30,891 bases of DNA from PVC group bacterium. GTDB lineage: Bacteria; GCA-001730085; JADFSZ01. Under the pieces are notes generated by a model. It saw only the letters and a list, made by a program, of their open reading frames with translations. It had not been told where the DNA came from and did no database searches. Below, in pieces: positions 25,444 through 30,891 of the stretch; position 1 is the stretch's first letter; each line of letters opens with the position of its first letter. The DNA is taken from the NCBI GenBank assembly GCA_022560555.1, contig JADFSZ010000003.1, forward strand, positions 1 through 30,891, given 5' to 3'. The position numbers and the translations under genes were made by a program.

Positions 25444-25863
25444 TCATTCTCCTAAAATCTTAACAAGTACGCGTTTTTTCCTTCGCCCATCAAATTCTCC
25501 GTAAAAAATTTGCTCCCACGGCCCCAAATCCAAACAGTTTTTTGTGATCGCCACAACAACTTCCCGTCCCATGATTTGCCGTTTGAGATGCGCATCCCCA
25601 TTATCCTCTCCGGTCCGGTTATGCTCATAATCGGAAACCGGCTCATGCGGGGCCAGCTTCTCAAGCCATCGGTCATAATCCGACAAAAGACCCGATTCAT
25701 CATCATTAATATAAACACTGGCCGTGATATGCATGGCGTTCACAAGACAAAGACCTTCTTGCACACCGCTTTCTTTGACGTAATTTTCAATTTGGGACGT
25801 AATATTGACATAAGCGCGTCTTGTTTTTGTTTGAAACGACATATATTTCGTTAATGACTTCAA
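25444..25863 (-). CDS. YjbQ/UPF0047 family protein (secondary thiamine-phosphate synthase-like)
   Basis: 139 aa as drawn, with a TTG start. The alternative ATG at 25842 gives [18 protein letters not shown]. The family-typical pattern is present: [19 protein letters not shown]...YEHN...NGDAHLK...[16 protein letters not shown]. Confidence 0.82.
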   Translation of the reverse strand: MKSLTKYMSFQTKTRRAYVNITSQIENYVKESGVQEGLCLVNAMHITASVYINDDESGLLSDYDRWLEKLAPHEPVSDYEHNRTGEDNGDAHLKRQIMGREVVVAITKNCLDLGPWEQIFYGEFDGRRKKRVLVKILGE

Positions 25864-25884
25864 AAGACATACCTTCGGTAATGG

Positions 25885-27114
25885 CTAAGGGTAATATTGT
25901 TCCGAAAAATACCCTTTTTTCACATCTACAAGCTGATTATAGTACTGAAAATTGTCGGGAAAAACAATAGCATTCTCGAAGAATAGAAGGGTACACACAA
26001 GGCCGATTGCAATTTTTTGTACGGCTCCCTTAGCATGAAATAGAGACCTCGAAGGGATACATTTTAGGCCAAAAGCCATGACATACCCCAATAAGGGATA
26101 AATCACAAGAAAGTGTCGAATCCCGTCTCCGGGATACCCCGTATAGAGAGATAGCGCCCCTAATACAACAAATATGTTCAAGAGAGCCAGCACCCCTAAA
26201 AGATCCCGCCTCTGAAACACAAAGAACCCTCCCAAGGCTAAAAGCAAAAGAAGATACACCGGCGTGGTCACCAGAAAAAGCGTCCATGGGTAATGCCACG
26301 GCAACTCGGTATACATGCGCCCGAGATAGAAGGTTTGAATCGTCAGATTTTCATTATAAAAATAATTCACATGCCGGGCGAAAAAACCCCATCCTTCATA
26401 CCAGAGGCTGGGCCAGCTTAAAAAAAAGCTTAAGGCTCCTCCCATACACCAGAGGCCAAGAAAAACAAAAAAATCTTTTTTTTGGACCATGAGAATAAAA
26501 AGACCGGCTATGATGACAAGAAGAATACCTGTGATTTTGGCCGCGCAAATCAGGCCCCATATTATTCCGCATAAAAAATAATGCGCCCGGCCTATTTTTT
26601 TAGTCACGATCAAATAAATCCATAGAAGGAGAATGTTCCAAAGACATGTAAGCTGGATTGTGATTTCCGCTAAATGAAAATATCCGAAAATCCGGGGCAT
26701 GCCTATAAAAAAAATGATAGATAAAAACGCCGTTGTGACTCCGTAAACGCTCTTCAATACGGTAAAACTAAAAAGCGTCAGACCGGCCAAAAACAGGACC
26801 GTCCCGAGTCTTAGGCTCGCAAGATCTCCCAAGCTGTCCTGAAACAGAAACCACGTAATCCCGGATACGATCTTGAGGACAGATGGGTGTTCGTGCCCCG
26901 CATCCCAAAAACGATGAATGACCTCTTTGGCAAAAAAAGATTTTGAGTGGATGCCCCACTGAAGCCATTCAATAAAATTTTTCGAACTTTTCAGATAAAC
27001 AATCTCATCTTTTGTGCCCGAAAAATTTTCCATCGTTAAACAAACAACAGCCACAACCCCAAAAACAATCAGAAGTGTGATAATATGAGATGTTGTTCTT
27101 TTTGAAATGTGCAT
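25885..27114 (-). CDS. Polytopic membrane glycosyltransferase (GT-C fold; ArnT/PMT, GT39/GT83-like)
   Basis: 409 aa with about 10 or more hydrophobic segments. An acidic DE motif sits in the first extracytoplasmic loop (GTKDEIVY), as in ArnT/PMT-type enzymes. Family assignment is by pattern only. Confidence 0.65.
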   Translation of the reverse strand: MHISKRTTSHIITLLIVFGVVAVVCLTMENFSGTKDEIVYLKSSKNFIEWLQWGIHSKSFFAKEVIHRFWDAGHEHPSVLKIVSGITWFLFQDSLGDLASLRLGTVLFLAGLTLFSFTVLKSVYGVTTAFLSIIFFIGMPRIFGYFHLAEITIQLTCLWNILLLWIYLIVTKKIGRAHYFLCGIIWGLICAAKITGILLVIIAGLFILMVQKKDFFVFLGLWCMGGALSFFLSWPSLWYEGWGFFARHVNYFYNENLTIQTFYLGRMYTELPWHYPWTLFLVTTPVYLLLLLALGGFFVFQRRDLLGVLALLNIFVVLGALSLYTGYPGDGIRHFLVIYPLLGYVMAFGLKCIPSRSLFHAKGAVQKIAIGLVCTLLFFENAIVFPDNFQYYNQLVDVKKGYFSEQYYP

Positions 27115-27145
27115 AAGTGTCTTAGTGAAACGCGCGCGATCCGTA

Positions 27146-27174
27146 TTGACAAATACCCTGAGTCTAACTATAGT
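27146..27174 (+). promoter_or_regulatory. Strong sigma-70-type promoter on the plus strand (TTGACA-17 nt-TATAGT), opposite to all neighbouring genes
   Basis: TTGACA is at 27146-27151, the 17-nt spacer follows, and TATAGT is at 27169-27174. The -35 is a perfect consensus, the -10 matches 5 of 6 positions, and the spacing is optimal. It lies in the 257-bp gap between queD and the GT-C gene. Confidence 0.55.
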
Positions 27175-27182
27175 GGATGTAC

Positions 27183-27269
27183 ATGATCCACCTGCGAAGA
27201 AGTGAAGATAAGACCGGTTTCTGGTTTATAGCGTTCGCGGTGGGATATTTGGTTTTGCTTTTCATTTAA
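27183..27269 (+). CDS. Candidate small hydrophobic peptide, 28 aa (MIHLRRSEDKTGFWFIAFAVGYLVLLFI), essentially leaderless
   Basis: The ATG at 27183 is 8 nt after the -10 hexamer, giving a predicted leader of 0-2 nt. The peptide has a charged N-terminus followed by a 16-residue hydrophobic C-terminus. The stop TAA is at 27267-27269 and lies inside a terminator-like hairpin. It is below the 60-aa cutoff of the ORF track. Confidence 0.35.
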   Translation: MIHLRRSEDKTGFWFIAFAVGYLVLLFI

Positions 27270-27283
27270 ACCGTTTTTTCTTT
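27250..27283 (+). terminator. Weak candidate intrinsic terminator of the small plus-strand unit
   Basis: UGGUUU (27250-27255) pairs with AAACCG (27268-27273) around a 12-nt loop. UUUUUUCUUU follows at 27274-27283. The stem is short and AU-rich, so confidence is low. Confidence 0.3.
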
Positions 27284-27371
27284 GAAACAGATTTTTCATT
27301 AGAAACCAAATATGTCTCATCTGCTTTGGTGGAATGGAGCCACATTAATTAAATGTTTTTCATAAACATTT

Positions 27372-27758
27372 TTAATCATTTACCTCTTCCCAATAACTCG
27401 CGGAACAATCCCTTGACTCTCTCACCGTAACCTTCCTTATTTTGACAGATTCTTTGGAAAATTCTTTATCGAGCTCCCGGTAAATAAACTGTGCCAAATT
27501 TTCTGTGGTGGGGTTTTTCTGTCCTTCTCCAAAGGCCGGAAGATCATTGAGATGTTTGTGATCCAGTTCTTGAATGACCCGGTCCAGAAGCTTTTTGACC
27601 TCACGAAAATCCAAAACAAGGCCTAAAGAGTTTGTTTTGTCTGCCGAGATGCTCACAATCACTTCCCAATTATGGCCATGAACATTCTGACAATTTCCTT
27701 CATAGCCCCTTAGAGCATGTGAAGCGGAAAATATTCGTCGAACTTTAACTTCGTACAT
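27372..27758 (-). CDS. queD: 6-carboxy-5,6,7,8-tetrahydropterin synthase (queuosine biosynthesis)
   Basis: ORF 27372..27779 begins with TTG. The likely start is ATG 27758 (MYEVKVRRIFSASHAL), with GAGG 8 nt upstream. The PTPS-family motif SASHAL...C...HGHNW is present. Confidence 0.88.
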   Translation of the reverse strand: MYEVKVRRIFSASHALRGYEGNCQNVHGHNWEVIVSISADKTNSLGLVLDFREVKKLLDRVIQELDHKHLNDLPAFGEGQKNPTTENLAQFIYRELDKEFSKESVKIRKVTVRESRDCSASYWEEVND

Positions 27759-27772
27759 ATCACAAACCTCAT

Positions 27773-28645
27773 TTAGCAAGACACATGTTTTACGAGCGGT
27801 ATTTCTGACTTAAGAAACATCCGGCCTAATTTTTGAAACTTTTCGGGATCATCACTGACAATAAACTGATAATCGGGACTCCCTATTTCTCGTGCTAAAC
27901 GATTTTCAATAAGAAAACTTTTCACACAACGAACTGTCTCATAAGCAGAGTCAATAATGTGGACATTCGCCCCCACTACCTTCTGAATCAGAGGCATCAG
28001 CAGCGGGTAATGCGTGCATCCGAGAATAAGGGTGTCAATATCGTGTTTCATCAATGGCTCGAGATATTCTTCAACAACGCTTCTTGTGAGCTTATGACGG
28101 GCCCACCCTTCCTCAACAAAAGGCACAAATAGGCCTGCGGCTTGACAAAACACTTCAACATCCGTTTTCTTTTTTTTGATAGCTTTACTATAACTCCCGC
28201 TTGCAATCGTTGCCGGAGTCCCAATCACACCGATACGGCAATTTTTTGTCACCCGGCAGGCCTGATCAATACCCGGAGTAATCACGCCGACAATAGGAAC
28301 GCGTGATTCGTTTCTTAAAATGTCTTCTCCGACTGAAGTTGCCGAGTGACAGGCCACTATGATGAGCTTAACCTTATATCGAAGCAAAAGCTCCACATTC
28401 TTTTTCGATAGCGCAAGAATGGTAGCTGCGGATTTCGTGCCATACGGAAGGTGAGCGGTATCCCCAAAGTAAACGACTCTCTCCCTCGGTATTTGGCTAA
28501 CAAGCTCGGAGACAACCGTCAAGCCTCCAACACCCGAATCAAAAACACCAATGGGATTATTCTGTCTTTCACTATCATGTGCCTCATGGGTATGAGGGCC
28601 CATGACCCCTGGATCGGCTTTCAGATTTTTCGTCAATGGATTCAT
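27773..28645 (-). CDS. murI: Glutamate racemase
   Basis: 290 aa. Motifs are GVFDSGVGGLTV, VACHSAT (first catalytic Cys region) and GCTHYPLL (second catalytic Cys). It has an N-terminal extension of about 30 residues that is rich in His. Confidence 0.9.
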   Translation of the reverse strand: MNPLTKNLKADPGVMGPHTHEAHDSERQNNPIGVFDSGVGGLTVVSELVSQIPRERVVYFGDTAHLPYGTKSAATILALSKKNVELLLRYKVKLIIVACHSATSVGEDILRNESRVPIVGVITPGIDQACRVTKNCRIGVIGTPATIASGSYSKAIKKKKTDVEVFCQAAGLFVPFVEEGWARHKLTRSVVEEYLEPLMKHDIDTLILGCTHYPLLMPLIQKVVGANVHIIDSAYETVRCVKSFLIENRLAREIGSPDYQFIVSDDPEKFQKLGRMFLKSEIPLVKHVSC

Positions 28646-28650
28646 GCCTC

Positions 28651-29805
28651 TTATTTAGTAAACCCCTCTGAGCGTTCATACATTTTGTCATAATTCATAA
28701 TCCCGCGATAAATGGCCTGAGCTACGCTTTTTCGGTAACTTTTTGTGGCAAGCTTTCTTTCTTCACCCGGATTTGTCAAAAATCCGACCTCAACCAAAAC
28801 CGAGGGGCTATTGACCTTTCTCAGCACATAAAAATTCGCGCTTTTCACACCACGATTTTTGGTTTTAACAAACCGCGCGAGTTCTTTTTGAATGCTCGCG
28901 GCCATATCGATACTTTCCTTACGAAACTCCGTAAATTTTAACTCTTTGACAATCTGCTCCGTCCCCTTGCTTGATGCCAACAGCCCTTCTTTCTCTTCCT
29001 GTTTTAGATCGAAACTTTGATTTTCCATCGCGGTCACAGCACGGCTATAGTCGTCGGTTTTTTGTGACAAATAAAAGACTTCAACACCGTTCGCACCCCG
29101 ATTCTTACTGGCGTTGGCATGGATACTGACAAAGAAATCTGTTTGAAACTTATTCGCGATCCGGGCCCGTTCAGACAGTTTGACAAAAACATCACGGTTA
29201 CGGGTCATGACAAGTTCTTTCCCTTGACTTCTGAGGAGCTTTTTTAAATGAAGCGCGATATCTAACACAACATTTTTTTCTTTGGTTCCTCTCCTTCCTA
29301 CCGCGCCGAAATTATGATCCCCGTGACCGGGATCCAGAACAATTTTTTTCAATCCGACAGCTTTTTTAACAATAACTCTTTTTTCGGAATAATCCCGTCT
29401 GAATTTTCGTTTACGCTTTTTTGTGATTTTACGATAAAGCGCCAAAAAATCCTTGGGCACGAGCACCTTCCCATCAAACATCCCAAAAGCTTCATCCATC
29501 GAATACAAGCGTCCGTTGATAATAATATCTTCAAACCCCACCAGAGCGCGAATCATAATATCTCCGGATTCAAATCGAACAAGCCCTGTAGAGCTGTCAA
29601 ACATATATGTTAAATTCTCGTTTTTTGCGAATGTCTCAGCCGTCCCGAGACGGCTAACGGAAGAATATGTTTTATGAGACGATTTGTGAGACCGCTGCCT
29701 TAAAGATCTAGCATAAGCGTTTTGAGGGGTGGCAATGAAGAAAATCAGGAACACAGCCAAATAGCAAAAAGGTCTTTTTGCGCGAATCAACATAATTCGG
29801 ATCAA
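28651..29805 (-). CDS. N-acetylmuramoyl-L-alanine amidase (Amidase_3 family), secreted
   Basis: 384 aa with the signal peptide CYLAVFLIFFIATPQNAYA. The C-terminal Amidase_3 pattern is IVLDPGHGDHNFGAVG...FVSIHANA...GVEVFY...PSVLVEVGFLTNP. Confidence 0.85.
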   Translation of the reverse strand: MIRIMLIRAKRPFCYLAVFLIFFIATPQNAYARSLRQRSHKSSHKTYSSVSRLGTAETFAKNENLTYMFDSSTGLVRFESGDIMIRALVGFEDIIINGRLYSMDEAFGMFDGKVLVPKDFLALYRKITKKRKRKFRRDYSEKRVIVKKAVGLKKIVLDPGHGDHNFGAVGRRGTKEKNVVLDIALHLKKLLRSQGKELVMTRNRDVFVKLSERARIANKFQTDFFVSIHANASKNRGANGVEVFYLSQKTDDYSRAVTAMENQSFDLKQEEKEGLLASSKGTEQIVKELKFTEFRKESIDMAASIQKELARFVKTKNRGVKSANFYVLRKVNSPSVLVEVGFLTNPGEERKLATKSYRKSVAQAIYRGIMNYDKMYERSEGFTK

Positions 29806-29806
29806 T

Positions 29807-30622
29807 TCAATTTAATTGCAAGCTCTCATCAAGGATTGTTCTGGTATCTTTCCATATCTTTTGACTGCCCAAGAGGACAAAAGATATGTCGGCTTCTTGA
29901 TCTCTGGCTAATCCGACCAGACAATGCCCGGCGCTTTTGGTATATCCCGTTTTACCTAAAAAGAAATCGTATGAATTTTTTTTGAGAATTTTATTCCGGG
30001 ATTGAACAAGGATTTTTCGACCCTGTTTGGAAACAATCTCCGCATGGGTCGTCGTTAATATACGAACCAATTCCGGATATTGACGAAAGGCGTTCATAAT
30101 CAAGAGCATATCATAAGCCGTGGTGTATTGATCAGGGCCGGGAAGGCCATGCGCATTAATAAAACGCGTATCATATGCCCCAAGGGACAGAGCCTTATCG
30201 TTCATCAACTTCACAAAGTTATCTTCTGTTCCCGCAACCGCAATGGCTATAGCAACACTCGCGTCATTGGCCGATCGGATGAGAGCCGCAACAAGCAAAT
30301 CCCTCATTTTAAAATCCTCATGGGATTTGAGCCCGATACGGACCGGGGATGCTTGGGCCGCTTCAGGACTCACGTTAACATATTCATTTAATGGTGAAAG
30401 TTCATAAGCCAGAAGGGCTGTCATCAGCTTTGTTGTGCTGGCAGGTGCCTGACGCTTTTTCGCCTTATGCGCCAAGAGAATCTCTCCCGACTCCCGGTCG
30501 ATCACAATATAGCTTTTCGCGGTGATCAAATTCTCCGCGGCACATTCTCTCGGGACAGCAAAAAAAAGCCCCGCGAAAACGAGCAAAATCCGGAAATATG
30601 TTTTTCTCACGACTTTCGGCAT
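29807..30622 (-). CDS. D-alanyl-D-alanine carboxypeptidase (S11 serine peptidase, low-MW PBP)
   Basis: 271 aa with a signal peptide. It has the SxxK motif (ASTTK), the SxN motif (SAND) and KTG (GKTGYT). Confidence 0.85.
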   Translation of the reverse strand: MPKVVRKTYFRILLVFAGLFFAVPRECAAENLITAKSYIVIDRESGEILLAHKAKKRQAPASTTKLMTALLAYELSPLNEYVNVSPEAAQASPVRIGLKSHEDFKMRDLLVAALIRSANDASVAIAIAVAGTEDNFVKLMNDKALSLGAYDTRFINAHGLPGPDQYTTAYDMLLIMNAFRQYPELVRILTTTHAEIVSKQGRKILVQSRNKILKKNSYDFFLGKTGYTKSAGHCLVGLARDQEADISFVLLGSQKIWKDTRTILDESLQLN

Positions 30623-30626
30623 AAAC

Positions 30627-30891
30627 TCACATCAGATCGGCTAAAGTTTTTGTCTCTCGCAATCGTGTGTCTTTCAAAATACCCCAGAGCACAATTCCCA
30701 TAAAATAAAAAATGCACATCATGTTTTTTGAAAGTTCCAGAGGCCCTCCCAACCACATAAGGACCATAAGGCCTGCAAACATAATACTGCCGAATACTAA
30801 AAGATCATTTCTAAAATCTTGAATATTGGGTTTAAGAGACCGCATCAATCTTGCGAGATATGAATAAAAAAACCACAGCAAACTCACAATC
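30627..30891 (-). CDS. Small integral membrane protein, possibly 5'-truncated by the window edge
   Basis: ORF 30627..30887 begins with GTG, and the frame stays open to the window end. It has at least 2-3 hydrophobic segments. I recognise no motif. Confidence 0.4.
   Translation of the reverse strand, partial: IVSLLWFFYSYLARLMRSLKPNIQDFRNDLLVFGSIMFAGLMVLMWLGGPLELSKNMMCIFYFMGIVLWGILKDTRLRETKTLADLM

Noticed and set aside
25175-25463. Two plus-strand ORFs in the track (25175..25414 and 25251..25463) encode Cys/Ser/Val/Phe-rich repetitive peptides (SSVVCSLFSVICFL...).
   Set aside because: They are simply read-through of the 7-bp/42-bp tandem repeat on the antisense strand. They have no SD, run opposite to all neighbours, and their periodicity is that of the DNA repeat. 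Not reported as genes.
27169-27176. The -10 region ACTATAGT is itself a palindrome, so it also reads TATAGT on the minus strand. It could serve the GT-C gene.
   Set aside because: On the minus strand there is no acceptable -35 at 16-18 nt spacing (GCAGGT/CAGGTG), whereas the plus strand has a perfect TTGACA. I therefore assign it to the plus strand. A weak divergent use cannot be excluded.
27372-30622. queD (queuosine pathway) sits at the end of a peptidoglycan operon (carboxypeptidase, amidase, murI).
   Set aside because: The functional mix is odd, but all four are ordinary housekeeping genes with tight spacing. There is nothing beyond adjacency to suggest a new function.

Overview
A 30.9-kb, moderately AT-rich bacterial chromosomal segment with about 34 protein-coding genes, almost all on the minus strand. 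I found no rRNA, tRNA, CRISPR array, transposase or integrase. All product calls come from motifs I could read in the translated ORFs. No database search was possible.

Gene content, left to right:
- 1-5918: an argC-argJ-argB operon with a clear promoter, running straight into 2-oxoacid dehydrogenase genes E1 alpha, E1 beta and E2. E2 is truncated by the window edge.
- 5938-7737: oligoendopeptidase F.
- 7824-10583: a plus-strand island with a Nudix-like protein and an FHA-GAF-HD-GYP phosphodiesterase translationally coupled to a PilZ protein.
- 10591-12498: a REC-HisKA-HATPase-(degenerate GGDEF)-REC hybrid kinase.
- 12606-13787: a GT2 glycosyltransferase and a TIGR00725/LOG-like protein.
- 13793-15370: an ECF sigma, putative anti-sigma and secreted-protein operon.
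- 15563-25200: a dense signalling supercluster (details below).
- 25253-25437: an unusual array of 7-bp repeats directly upstream of the pseudopilin gene.
- 25444-30891: YjbQ, a GT-C membrane glycosyltransferase, then queD, murI, an Amidase_3 enzyme, a D-Ala-D-Ala carboxypeptidase and a partial membrane protein.

Most interesting observations:
1. A partner-switching module (GAF-PP2C, RsbW-like, RsbV-like) that has no sigma factor. It is headed by a stand-alone MshEN c-di-GMP-binding domain, and an NtrC-type sigma-54 activator sits where the sigma gene normally is.
2. A near-consensus sigma-54 promoter immediately downstream of that activator. It drives a second operon encoding a REC-pseudo-PP2C-pseudo-HATPase fusion, a second STAS protein, a TPR protein and possibly a PilZ protein.
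3. The heptad repeat array in front of the orphan pseudopilin.
4. A compact plus-strand unit hidden in the queD/GT-C intergenic region. It has a TTGACA-17-TATAGT promoter, an essentially leaderless 28-codon hydrophobic-peptide ORF and a weak terminator. It is invisible to the 60-aa ORF track.

Novelty claims are inferences and need database and neighbourhood checks.
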